DNA of 64,000 nt from Pseudovirgaria hyperparasitica (taxonomy: Eukaryota): the NCBI GenBank assembly GCA_010093815.1, contig ML996584.1; one strand, 5' to 3'. The position numbers and the translations under genes were made by a program. The notes below the pieces were generated by a model. That model was not told the DNA's origin. It saw nothing but the letters and a program-made list of their open reading frames with translations, and searched no databases. How positions within the stretch are numbered: the stretch's first letter is position 1; the number at the start of each line of letters is the position of its first letter. This document shows, one piece after another, positions 1-12,818 of this stretch.

Positions 1-831
1 GGAAGGCGGTGGCACGCGCAAAGATCCACAGAAGGCTGTGCAATGGTACAAGCGTGCCGCTGCTCTGGGTGATGTTGCTGCCATGTACAAAGTCGGTATG
101 GTACTTATGAAAGGCTTGCTTGGCCAGCAAAAGAATATGGGCGAAGCTGTCAACTGGCTCAAACGTGCCGCAGAACGTGCAGACGCGGAGAACCCCCATG
201 CGCTGCACGAGCTTGGTCTCCTGTATGAAGGTGTCTCGACTAACGCGTCTGGTCCGGTCATACGTGACGAGAATCATGCAGGTCAACTGTTTCGGCAGGC
301 TGCAGAATTAGGATACAAGTTCTCGCAGTTCAGACTTGGCCAAGCTTATGAATATGGCCAGCTTGGTCTACCAATTGACTCTCGAAACAGTATTGCTTGG
401 TATACGCGCGCTGCGGCGCAAGGCGAACATCAGAGCGAACTGGCCTTGAGTGGCTGGTATTTAACTGGCAGTGCTGGTTTGATCGAACAGAGTGATACGG
501 AGGCATATCTGTGGGCTCGAAAGGCGAGTACGGCAGAAGTTCCGTTACCCAAAGCAATGTTTGCCATGGGTTACTTCACTGAAGTGGGCATTGGATGTCC
601 AAGAAGTCTAGAGGAGGCGAAGAAATGGTATGGGAGAGCTGCAGGTATGTCGTGCGAAACCCCCCGGCGTTGCGGGATTTTATATTGACACTTTGCCTAG
701 CACATAAATTTCCGAAAGCACAAGAACGTCTCGAGGAATTGAAGAAGGGTGGCATGAAGGCACAAAAGAGTCGTGAGAGATTGAGTCGTACCGACAGAAA
801 GCAGCAAGACGAGAATTGTGTTGTCATGTAA
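1..831 (+). CDS. CHS4: Chitin synthase activator (Chs4/Skt5 family, Sel1-like repeats), 3' part only
   Basis: Sel1-type repeats (AVQWYKRAAALGD, AVNWLKRAAE, SIAWYTRAAAQG, AKKWYGRAA); intron 645-700 (GTATGT...TAG); ends in CaaX box CVVM*. 5' end is outside the window. Confidence 0.85.
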
Positions 832-1532
832 GGGACCATGTCCTACTTCCTGCTACCTTTGTATTATTGCCGACTGCGTCTGAAATGCCCTGTATTGAAG
901 ACCATCTCTCCGATTTGCGTGGAAGGCGTTTCATCTCGAAGCTCTCGCGATCATTTGAAAAGGCGTTATCCGGGTGTACAGCTGTATGTTTAGGACGTGA
1001 AAGGACCGAAGATATGTAGCAGGCTATGTCTACGTTTGGGGCGGAGTTTGGCGCATACAAGCCACCAGAAATGAATATATGGAGGTATGCACCGCAATGT
1101 ATGAGGCTGATTACGGGGTATATAACCTGCATCGGACTCCGTTCGTGCACTGACAGGGGCGAGTGCCAAGAGCCTGCCTGCACGTGTCAACAAACGAAGA
1201 CGCATCATGGATGCAACACGATGAGTTCGAGTTCATGTGGAATGTCAACACTTTCTTGCTACTGCCGACAGGAGTGAAGTCAAATGAAGCATATGATAAT
1301 CCTCGAAGCACTGAGATTGGATGAGCAGGTACCAAATTGTCCGTACATGGAGACTCTGACTTACAACCGCATAGCATCGAGCATCAAGTCGGCCACAGAC
1401 AACAAACAATCTGCAGCTCTCAAACTTCCTCCGCCGGATGATTATGAACCCGTGCACTTTCAAATCTGCAATATGCAGATCCCCTACACATGTGCTTCCA
1501 TTGACGCCCTCTCCTGAAGCAATCTTCCCATG

Positions 1533-1540
1533 TATATAAT
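1533..1540 (+). promoter_or_regulatory. Putative TATA box of the repeat-precursor gene
   Basis: TATATAAT ~170 nt upstream of ATG 1704, followed by a C/T/A-rich leader and CACAATG start context. Confidence 0.5.
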
Positions 1541-1703
1541 GAGTCCAAATCTACACCTGATGCTTTTCCGTCTCATCACACTCACTCACATCCACTCTAC
1601 AACACATTCACTTACTTTCCTTTACTACTACAACTTACTACATTCACTCTTTACAACACTTTCAAGCCTTTTCAAAGCCTCACATAAAACAACATCCTTC
1701 ACA

Positions 1704-3064
1704 ATGCGTGCTACTGCAGTCCTCATCGCCATCTTCGCGAGCTCCGCGCTTGCAGCTCCTCTCAACGCTGTAAGCTCCCCTAACGATCCCCCACCTTTTC
1801 ACAATTCTCCACTGCCTTTTACAGGTGGTCCATCTTGCCGGAATATGCAGCTAACTCAATACTACAGGCCCGCCAAGCTGGAGAGGCTGATGGCTACTCC
1901 TATGGCTACGGCCACGACGTGAAGAGCGGCCATGGCGAGCATAAGCGTCAAGGTCCCGGAGGCGAAGACTATGGCTACGGCTATGGTATGGAGAGCAAGA
2001 GCCAGGGCGGCCACAAGAAGCGCCAGGGCCCTGGTGGTGAGGATTACGGCTACGGATATGGACACGAGGAAAGCAAGGGTCACGCCGGCCACGAGAAGCG
2101 TCAGGGCCCCGGTGGTGAGGATTATGGCTACGGATATGGCCACGAGGAGAGCAAGAGCCATGCCGGTCACCCAAAGCGTCAGGGCCCCGGTGGTGAGGAT
2201 TACGGCTACGGATATGGCCATGAGGAGAGCAAGGGCCACGGTGGCCACGAGAAGCGCCAGGGACCTGGTGGTGAGGATTACGGCTACGGATATGGACACG
2301 AGGAAAGCAAGGGTCACGCCGGCCACGAGAAGCGCCAGGGCCCCGGTGGTGAGGATTATGGGTACGGCTACGGCCATGAGGGCAAGAGCCAGGGCGGCCA
2401 CGAGAAACGCCAGGGCCCCGGTGGCGAAGACTATGGTTACGGATACGGCCATGAGGGCAAGAGTGAGGGTGGCCACTCCAAGCGCCAGGGACCCGGTGGT
2501 GAAGACTACGGTTACGGATACGGCATGGAAAGCAAGAGCCACAGTGGTCACGAGAAGCGTCAGGGTCCCGGTGGTGAGGATTACGGCTATGGATATGGCA
2601 TGGAGGGTAAAAGCCAAGGCGGTCACCCGAAGCGCCAGGAGTCTGATGAGGCCAACCCTCTAGCCGCACTCGCACCAAAGAAAGAAGAAGGTGGCGAGGA
2701 GAAGAAGGAGCAGGGCGAGAAATCCGAGCCCCAATCCAACCCACTCGCAGCACTAGCACCTCAAGAGGAGAAGAAAGGTGGCGAGGAGAAGAAAGAGCAG
2801 GGCGAGCAATCATCCAACCCTCTCGCAGCACTAGCACCTCAAGAGGAGAAAAAGGGCGGCGAAGAGAAGAAGGAGCAAGGTGGCGAGAAGAAGGAAGAGG
2901 AGAGCGAGGAAGAGAACCCTCTCGGCCGCCGCCTTGAGAACCCAATCGACCCCCTTGCGAAGCCTGTCGCCGACAAGATGCAGGGCAAGGCTGAGGAGAT
3001 GAACAAGGCCCAAGAGGCTGGAAAGAGCCCCCTCGGGCCTCTCGTCGAGAACAAGGGTAACTAG
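1704..3064 (+). CDS. Secreted Kex2-processed repeat protein (KEP), peptide precursor
   Basis: Exon 1 (1704-1769) is signal peptide MRATAVLIAIFASSALAAPLNA; intron 1770-1867 (GTAAGC...CTAAC...CAG); exon 2 has one variant unit plus nine QGPGGEDYGYGYG(H/M)E...GH-x-KR units, then an acidic E/K-rich tail with NPLAALAP repeats. Confidence 0.9.
1949..2635 (+). repeat. Coding tandem repeat, nine units of 75-78 bp
   Basis: Units of 25-26 codons delimited by KR codons (mostly AAG CGY); differences in the core are synonymous. Confidence 0.9.
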
Positions 3065-3885
3065 AGCATCACTACGCTCTGGTCTACCACCGGCTCGGGG
3101 GGCTTTTCTCTTTTCTTTTCTTGCCTGATGCCGGGCCCTTGTTCTTCTCACTTCTGGCGGACTACCACTTTGTATGGATTGACGGCATTTTCTTGGTTCT
3201 TGGTGACGGTCACGATAAGCGCTACGTTTCTCCTTGCGTCTCTTCTTTCCTCTTCTATGTCATGATGTATTTTTACTTTGGCCTGCCTTGGCCGTATAAC
3301 ACTTCGCTTCGTAGCTTGCTGTAATGCTTGCGCTTGTATAGACATATATTCCTTTTAATAATATCTTCATGAACATGAGCTGTGAATCAAAATAAGAGGG
3401 TTCTCTCATCTTCCGTGTGAGTTGTCTTCTTCATTCCTTATTCTTATCATTATCACAACGTATGCTTTCTCGCTCTCAAAGTATTAATAACAAGCCAGTA
3501 TACAGTTTGGAATACACATAGGCGCATTACTTAGGTTTAGAGACTGTAAACGTACCGGGTACGTCTATGCGCCTGAGACTCCTCGGACGCTGTCTTTAAA
3601 GCTCTCAAGAGCTAGCTGAGGCAATGGCGAGCTTGTTGTAATGCTTAGGTCTTAGTATCGGGCCTTGGTTCTGCGTCACGATACGAGCTTCGAGCCTGCT
3701 CGAAATTTTGCATCAAGATCGGCAGTCTATAGTGAACAGGAGCAGTATTCAGCAAGAGATATCTCATATTATCCAGGCTCTTCTAAAGTTGGCATTGGGT
3801 CTATACCATGTATCTAACTAATATATCGTGTATCCGTATACAAATCTATCTATCGTATGATGCCTAAACGTTTTCATCCCACCAC

Positions 3886-6800
3886 TTACCACGGAAGCCA
3901 GTTCTTGACCGACTTGACGTAGACCCAAAGATACACTGACAGATAATTCGATACGCAGAACAATGCAAAGATGCCCAGATTTCTCCAAGCATTCGAAACG
4001 GAAATTTGCCTGGTGACGAGATACTGTATCACATATGAGTCTAGAGTCCACTCCCTGGAAGATAAAGACGACTTACATCCTCGCCCTTCGAGTACTGACA
4101 ATACCCGCAATCTTGAGTAGCGTTCGGATTGACTAGATATCCCGTCGTGCCATCCAACCATGCCTGTGCGTAGGTTGCGCATGTATCTCCAGGAGGCGCT
4201 TGAAAGCGGATGAGTTCAGAGTCCATGCAGTGTATGGTCAGATCGCCCAGGATCATTGCAACCACGCCGGAGATCCAATACATAAATGGACCGACATAGT
4301 ATAGTGTGTAAGCCCATACAGCAGGCATAAGAGATTGTGGCTGCAGAACACCATTGAAAAATTCGCCAACTATGATAATGAAGGGCATGATGTTCGCGGC
4401 CATGACTGCGTCGGCACTAAAGCAGAGTCAGTCGCGACACAAAGATGAAGCATAAAGGTAGGGTTGTAAGATGAAGCATACCTGAGTGCTGCAATCCACT
4501 GACCCCAGGAAGTGCTGAAAAGGTGAAACATCATCATCATAAGGAACGTATACCCAGCCGGAGTCCCAAGAGGTAGACCAACGAGGAAATAAAAAAGTAC
4601 GTAGAAGATGAGGCCACCAGCGAACGCCCAGGGAATTTCAGAAATGATCTGTGCGGAGGTGAAAGCTACCCAGCCATATATGCGGCTAGGATACTCTCGG
4701 CCAAGCCAGATATTGCGATTCTCGACAAACATCATCGAAGACGCGTTGATAAACTCCGGGACAATCATGAGGACTAGGAAACAGGAGAATATCCGATATT
4801 GGATACTCGCGACGCTGTTGTTCAGCTGTAGGAATGCCAAACCATTCAGGACGGAGTGGAAGAAGGAGCAGTAAAGTCGGGAGTAGATGTAATCCGGCGT
4901 GCGCCAGTACTGTGTCATGGTTCGTTTTGTTAATTCAACGATCTGCCTTGCCATAGACGATGCATATGTAACTTGTGTTCTGCGTCTCGTCTCCTTTGAT
5001 GAAGCCTCAGTGCCATCAGATGCTCCAGAGGTTGTCAATTCGTCAACCTTGCGAAGGACTGCTTCAGCTTCTGCCGATTCGCTCCAGACCTTGCTTAAAT
5101 CCAGTTCTTTTGTAGTCTTGCCAGATGCAACTTCTATCAAGAAATCTGCGACGTTTTTACCTGGTTCGCACACGATACCGTGCGCGGAAAAGTACTCAAT
5201 CACGGTTCGACCATGCGAGCCAATGTCGCCAAAATAGTACGGTCGTCCTCCGCGAGCCAGTGCAAGCACACGATCGAAAAGCTCGAATTGCTGTTGATCA
5301 GCTTGGTGGATGGTACAAATGATGGTCTGGCCTGCTTCTGCGAGTCTTCTCAGAAGCTTGACTATGTTAAGAGCACCTTGACTATCCAGACCGCTGGTCG
5401 GTTCGTCAAGGAAAAGGGCAATCGCTGGCTTTGAACAAAGCTCGACGCCAATAGTGGTCCGCTTACGTTGCTCAAGACTGACTGACTGAATGAGCGCATG
5501 TTGCAGTTCGGCCAGGCCAAGGATCTCGAGGACTTGATCAACGTAAACGAGCTTGTCGGCTTTTGATACATCGGCATTTTGCCTGAGTATAGCTGAGAAC
5601 TCGAACGCTTCTCGGATGGTTGCTGTTTCGACGTGAATGTCAGCCTGTTGACAGAAACCTAAGTCTCGAACGATTGAGGTGTTGACGTCCTGACTGCCAA
5701 TTTTGATGGCACCAGTCACATGTCCTGGTGCCTGTTGCGTTAGGACATTCATGACTATGGCTTTGTTAGTTCCTCTTCTGTGGAAGTCTGATGGCTTGGG
5801 TAATACTAACGAGTACTCTTTCCAGCCCCGGACACGCCTACCAAAGCTGTCAAAGAGCCCGGCTCACAAAATCCAGAGACATCATCTAAAAGCTGTTTGC
5901 TAGAACCAGCATGTTGGACGGTATAGTTCAAATTACGCCATGAGAATGCGGTCTTTGGCGCCGAGATGGTTCCCTGCGATATTTGATGTGGCGTTGTCTC
6001 ATTCGGGAGCTCTAGGGGCACAGTCTTCTCAGAGCAGTCTCCGTCGCTTTCCTCATCTTTCAGCACAGTCTTCTGTCGATCACAGGGTTTGTGTGAAAAC
6101 TCAAGGGAGCTTCCAGCTGATGCCCACAAAACCTTCTCGGCCAGTAGTATGTTAATTGTAACACAACCAATTAAGAACAGAATCAGGATACCAAAGTTCC
6201 TACCAACGTTGCTATAATAGAATCCGAAGGTTCCTTTGAGATATTCGTCACCATTGAGTGTCAGTTGCCCAGTACCTATTCCTTCGTAAGCACAGCTCTG
6301 ATATGCTACATTATCATAGCCCGGTCCGGAAGGTATCACGGATCCTTGTTCGCAGGGGAATTGACGTCCATGAAATTCCATTGCCATGATGATCTCGAAA
6401 GCGTACAGAGCCGGTGTCAGATACTGGCATCAAACGTCAGCGACTTTTCTGGAAGAGAGAAGAAGCACAAAATCCGGACGGGTGGAAATGGCGGAGTGGA
6501 AAACGGATCAGACTCACAGCAAGCCAGCCTACCCAGGGGACATCAGAAATGAGTTGGTCGACACCACGAACATAGCCTCCAAATATCATGGACACCAAAA
6601 GGTACAATCCGCTGTATCGTAAGGCAATCTCTAAGCGGGGAGAAGCGGCAGCGAAAAGCCGATAGCTGGCTGTGAACGCCATAGCACTCAACACAACCGC
6701 CAGATCGAATGTGAAAAAATTGCCTGACTGAAATCACTTATCAGCATTGCCCTTTTGTAGAGTATGCAACGTTAGTCTGCAATGACACTCTAGCTTGTAG

Positions 6801-8650
6801 GAACTGCTGGAAGTGCCGCCAGACTAATGTGTTTTATGGGATGGATCTCGTACCTCACGCTTCATACCTCCTAGAAAATATGCCACAAGCGAATAAAGTG
6901 TTGACAAGAAGACTGTAACCGGAATATCCATGATAGTTTTGGCCATGACTACGGCTCCAGGTCTCACCATGGCGAATCTTCTCTGTCGATTGACGACAAA
7001 TCTATCAGAGAAAGCACTTTCAAGCTCAGCGAGCTGAAACCAAGCGACCAATACTGCAGAATAGAAGCTGAATCCACCTCGGGAGTAAACACCTGCAGTA
7101 TCGTTTGGCATTTTGTAGAACATTGATCCAATGAGAAACGCAGATACGAAAATACACGTGAATCTTGTAATGAATGTAGCCATTTGTCCTTTCATCTGCC
7201 ATATCTGTCGTTGTAAACATAGCTGTACTTGGCGCGCGAATGACGTGTTGTAAGACGAGCCCGAAGAGACGAATCGAGACTTTCTTTCTTGTGCGCGTTG
7301 CTGAATGATCGAACCATTCGTAATTGACTCGGATGCACTTCTTTCGGAGGCCGGCCGAAGTCTATCTGTCCCACTCAATTGCTCGGCTTCGTAGAGACGA
7401 ATTTCCGTCTCTATATCTTTAAAGGTCTGGCTCTGCCGAAAAGCGTACTCAAGATTTTTGGAACCCCGCACCGCACAGGATTCGCAACCTGACCGAATGT
7501 TATCTCTGCTAGATGTGGCTACACTGGTAAGAAAACTGCTCATTGTTTGCCTTTGCTGTCGTTCGTAGCCGAGAGAGTTAAAGTAAGATTCGGCATCACG
7601 TGCTGGTCCCTGATAAAGCATTCTACCGTCTTCAATAAGCATGACTTTGTCAACAAGGTCATACATAGCGTCCGATGCCTGGTATATCGAAACAACCATT
7701 GCCCTCTCACAGGTATCAGTCATGATTCGGAGTGACCTCATATAGTCAAGTGCAGACGAGGAGTCTAGACCCCGTGTTGTTCCATCCCAGGCATTGACCG
7801 ATGATCCGGAGGCCATTGACTCGAGAATCGAAACTCTCTTCCGTTCGCCACCAGAAATTCCTCGAATGAAGTCGTCGCCGACAAGTGTGTCCATAGCGTG
7901 AGACATCCCAAAGATGCGCCCGAATTCTTCAAGAAATCGCGGCACTTCATGAAGTAGCTTTCTAGGTGTCTTATTCATGAGAGCAAAGTCGAGCGTCTGG
8001 CGGACGGTCAAGGTCGGTAAATGGGTGTCATCTTCAGGTATGTAGGCGACGGATCCTCGGAAATGTTTCATGACATTTGAGGGTGCCATGCCGGAGTAGT
8101 CCAGGTGGCCTCTTACTCCTAGGAATGAAGCGTGGTCATTTGCAATGGTACGTAGGAAGGTGCTACAGCCCGATCCTGGGTTCCCCAGCACGAGCATCAT
8201 CTCACCATTTCGAACGATTCCCGTAAAGTCACGAATCAGGGCCTGACCGTCTTCGATGCTCGTAGGAAAAAGAAGCGGCTGGATGGATCCCTCGTAGATA
8301 TCTCGAAGAGTGAAAGTCCTCCATAGAGCCTCCTTTAGTGTCTTAGCTTTGACCGGACCTCTAGCTCGACCGTATGTGGTGAGTGATTTGAAGCAAACGC
8401 TCAAAGGAGGAGGACGGTGGTTTGATTTGACATAGGCTTCGAAATCAGTGAAAGCGGGATCTATGCCCTGAGATTTTGACGACCTGTCAGTGACAGATCG
8501 ATACAATTCTGCTGCAGCCTCCTCAACTTGATCGTTGATCTGCACATGAAGCTGATTGTCATATTGTAGACGTCGAAGGTCTGCATTGTCGTAATCTGGA
8601 AAGTTGTTGTAAGCAGATACACGCCTAAGTGGAGCAACGTATGATGGCAT
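3886..8650 (-). CDS. Full-size PDR-type (ABCG) ABC transporter
   Basis: NBD1 Walker A GNPGSGCST and signature ISGGERKRVS; NBD2 GVSGAGKST, EQRKRTTIGVEL, LFLDEPTSGLDS; two TMDs; extracellular CGYCQY motif; several introns joining ORFs 6824-8698, 6437-6694, 5806-6387, 4370-5752, 4041-4403, 3886-4182. Confidence 0.93.
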
Positions 8651-9220
8651 GATGAAGTGAATTAATACCCATTCACAGGGAATTTTTGGAACGTGCAATC
8701 AGACTATGAAAAACGTCAGGACGTACGTACCTACACAATTATATGTATAGGTCAGTCAATCGCTTCAGAACGGAAATTTTTTAGATGCTACTTGACTACC
8801 GCATCGAGAAGCATACCGAGATCGTATTGCAAGGGTGGTAAGACGCCACTCTCGCAAACATCGCGGGCCATGCTTTGACAGTCTAAGTGAAAGTCGTGAT
8901 GCGTCATACTAAGTGGAGCAATAGAGTCGAACGTTACCAGATACGGGTGACAAAGTGCAGCTACCCACATCCGGAAAGGACCACACTCTACTTAGTCAGC
9001 CCTACTCTAACCCCGGCACAGGTACGTTCTCGGGGACGACAGGTCCAACTTCAGCATCAGCACAACGTCACTTCCAGCAACTTGTTTGGTTGAGTCGCTA
9101 TCGCTCAATTGTAGGTAGCGTCCCAGCGCCGAATCACGGTCACAGTCTATTGCATGCCTCCTCGGAGCGTCATGTCCTGTACTTGATAACGACTTAACGA
9201 GATCCCAGAGCTATGAGGAT

Positions 9221-10839
9221 ATGAGAACATGCTATACCTGTCGACGTCGTAGACTTATCTGCGATGGGGGTTCGCCACATTGCAAGAAATGTGAATTCAA
9301 CGGCGTTAAATGTCTTGGCTATATTAAGCCCTTGACTTGGATAGGCGGCGCGGCTACAAAAGGGCACCTAAAGCAATTATCGAACTCAACAGCAGGCCTG
9401 GCAGTCTCTGGTGTTTGCAAGAATAACCTACCTGCATCCCAAGCTATACCTTCACCACCCTTGGCCTTGACAGAACCAATTTTCCAAGATTTGAGTCCGG
9501 AGTCACGGTTTCTCGTAGACTATTGTAAGTCTACTGCTATAAAAGTCACTTCACATATGTTCTGACAAGTATGCTAGTCGAAAAACGAATTTGCCATGTC
9601 CTAGTACTCGTCGACACAGAGAGGAACCCATACAGAAGCCTTCTTTCCTTTATTGGCCCATCTAGGGGTGTTTTACATGCTGTGAGTGCTATTTCTGCAT
9701 GTCACATGGTGCACAGCATTACAGGCGTGCCTGTTCTCTCTATGCCTCAGGACGGGACCGCGAAGCTCTCAGAAGTCTCGCAGGGCTCGTCGTCAATAAG
9801 TCATTCCACTTTGGCAGTATCAGGTCTGCTCAAAAGTCTCTTCCAGTCTAAGCATAGAGCCCTGAGATGCTTGTACGATGCACTTTCGAATCCTCAGGAA
9901 GGACACGAATGCTCCACGTTGACTACGGCCATATTGTTGGTTGCCTTGGACATCTGGGAGAGCGGCACTCGATCGTGGAACGTTCATCTAGAGGGAGCGA
10001 AAAAGCTACTAGAGAGCTGGGCCGAGAGCGGCCAACTGGAGTCAGTGAATCTAAGGATGCTTACTGGCTTGATAACGTGGGTAGCTCCATCAGATATATA
10101 CTCCGATAATGCTAATCATGGCAGGTTGGAGACCTGCGGCTCAACATTGATGCTACCAGGGGGGCTCAAGACACCATTACGATCGCTTCTGGCGGATATA
10201 CCAATTCGTGATGCTCCTGATACCTCAATTGTTGGATGTCCTTATGAAATTGCATCTGCAATAGAAATAGTTACTTGCCAACGTCAGATGTATACATCAG
10301 CGCGTAGTGATTCGGATCAAGCAACGCAGCCCAAAGACGCAGATGTCAAGGTCCTTTTGCAGACTCTCCAGGATCTGGAAAAGTTCGATATCGATCACTG
10401 GGGTCACGAAATGGTGCAGGCAAGCTCCCATCATTTATCACTGTCGTTGAGTGATCTCATGCATGTTGGAAGGATATGGAAGCTTGCCGCCATCATCTAC
10501 GCCCAGCGTATCTACTCCAACGCAACAATGCAATTCGCAAGCCCTCAGTCGCTCGTGAACGACATCATCGCAGAGTATATCAGTGTTCAACATCTTGACG
10601 ACGCAACTAAAATACTCATGTGGCCTGCATTCATTGCTGGTGCTGAGAGCACTACAACACGTCAGAGACAATACGTTCTCCATATACTCGATCGCATCTG
10701 GCAAATCACACTTAGTGCCAATGCAAAGAATGCTGCTTTGACTCTTCAACAGTACTGGAAACAACGAGAATCTCAAACAGATGCCTGGAATTGGACCAAC
10801 GAAACCTCATTGCTGAATGACTACTGGCTATTCTTTTGA
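9221..10839 (+). CDS. Zn(II)2Cys6 transcription factor with fungal-specific C-terminal TF domain
   Basis: CYTCRRRRLICDGGSPHCKKC-x6-C cluster; intron near 9524-9578; C-terminal motifs NPYR, WxxHLEGA, WPAFIAGAE. Confidence 0.88.
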
Positions 10840-11928
10840 AGAGTTTCAGTAAATGAGCATATCTTCGTGTCGTAGACCATAAACCTTGCAATACTGGCGG
10901 TAACGCTGAAGCAGCACTTCAATAGCCATGACACCGATGTGCGCTATAGGGCCGACTTCAGTAGTACTCATAGCTCTCGTCGCTGGCCTTAAGCTACCAT
11001 GTACTCATTATCGAAATTGTAAGCTTTAAAACACGAGACGATCATCAGTAGACGCTCACAAGCAAGATACAGCATTCCGCTACTACGGCAGACCCACTTG
11101 TTAATATCATGGCGACTGGTCACACCTATAACCATTAAATCCTACGCTACGATGGCTGACAATGCCATTGAATCCCCATCGAGGCCTCCGGGCTCCCGGT
11201 GTCCACCTCCAACTCCCTCAAATTTACCTGAGAATTGATTCATGGACGACTATCAATTGTATACATTCAAAACACCATGCGTCTGACGAATATGATGCCT
11301 ACGTGAGGCTATTCTATTCACGTACATGGGTGAAATTGAAAGTTCCCATCGATTGGCTCAGCATGAGTGGTTGGCGATGGACAAGTGTGGCTGGCTATCG
11401 GAAATCATTCATGATCCTGTAGCCTAGCGATTGGGGGCGGTAGTGTGGCGTTCGCTCGCCTCTTATTCTCGTCACTGCCTAGTCCGGACTGGGTCTCTTG
11501 TTTATACAGAACTTCACTTCAGCCTAATTTGATCATCATAGCTAATCGTTTCCCTAAGTGCCACTTTTCTATCTACCTGGAGACAAGAGTTGATCTCACC
11601 GAGTGAATGTGATACATCCAATTTAACGACACTCCATGTCTCCGCGCGCACAGGGTTAAACCCCCAAACAACCCAGTCACTCTGCCGTTCCAGGTGGCAC
11701 AGCACCCTAACCGAGCGAGTTCACTCGACCCGAGCTCATCCATTTATGGAAAAACCCATGTACAAGCCCTTGCATCCCTCAAACGCTATGTTTCCTAACC
11801 TCCCAAGATCGCACGGAGTCGTGCGCTCGCGTTATCGTCTACCACAACCCCCAAAGACTGCGCTCTTGCCTTGACGGCACTAGAGCACCATATAAATAAT
11901 ACACTGCATATACCTACGACACTGCGAA

Positions 11929-12483
11929 ATGCACTTGCTATCCACCCTCCAGCGCACCTCACGCCTCTTCCAGCGCTCCATCTCAAGCAGCAATTCCTCG
12001 CAAGCCCCGCCAGAATCCCCAGAAGCAGCACCTCCAATGCCATCCACGCCCAGAATCGCCAGCACCACCACAATAGGTATCGGAAACTCCCTCCACGCCA
12101 ACATCCGACCCTTCAGCACACCTTTCTGGGTGCTTGTCAGTCTGAGCACGCCAATCCTGATCTTCGCGATTTTGGGCCTGTACTTATGGCTCATGCACCG
12201 CGTGCGCGAGAAGCGGCGGCTACGGAATGGGAATCGTGTTGGGACGCCGAAGAGTGTAGAGGCGGGAGCTGGGGTCTTGCGACCAGCGGTGCTGGGCAGG
12301 GACGCTGGGGCGTTACAAGCAGGCGGTGATGGACATGGAGAGGTGCGGGATAGCCTGGATATTTTGAAGGAATCTGATCTCGGCGAGAAGCAGAGGAGGG
12401 CGATGAGGAAGGAGAAAGGGGAGAGGAGGTATGGGAGGTATTTCTTGAGAGGCAGCGATGAGGAGCTGCATTGGATGGGATGA
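11929..12483 (+). CDS. Hypothetical single-pass membrane protein
   Basis: Ser/Pro-rich N-terminus, hydrophobic helix FWVLVSLSTPILIFAILGLYLWL, then a basic cluster; TATAAA near 11891. Confidence 0.5.
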   Translation: MHLLSTLQRTSRLFQRSISSSNSSQAPPESPEAAPPMPSTPRIASTTTIGIGNSLHANIRPFSTPFWVLVSLSTPILIFAILGLYLWLMHRVREKRRLRNGNRVGTPKSVEAGAGVLRPAVLGRDAGALQAGGDGHGEVRDSLDILKESDLGEKQRRAMRKEKGERRYGRYFLRGSDEELHWMG

Positions 12484-12818
12484 TATGGTGCTGTCGACGA
12501 CGCTGGCGTTCATGTCAGCACTGTGGTATCTTTGTGAGGGCTCTCTTTGTTGCTAGGTTGGTGTGAATATACCAATGCCAACGGCCACGCATTGTAAATG
12601 GACATAGTGCCTGAGCAGGAAAATGCCATACAACATGCGAATTACTTCCAGCACCACGAGCTACCATTCCCTTGTAACGCCTATCGAGTACTCGAGCAAT
12701 TTTTCACGAGGCACCGCAGCAGCACTGTGAACAGCCAACAGGATGTACATATACAGCACTACCCGGCCCTACCTCTCTGCCTCTCTTCCGCCCCTCGAAA
12801 TCCTCACATTTGAACAAA

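Noticed and set aside
1851..2945. Long antisense ORFs (364 and 254 aa) over the repeat precursor
   Set aside because: Shadow frames expected from repetitive, codon-biased sense sequence; no independent gene signals.
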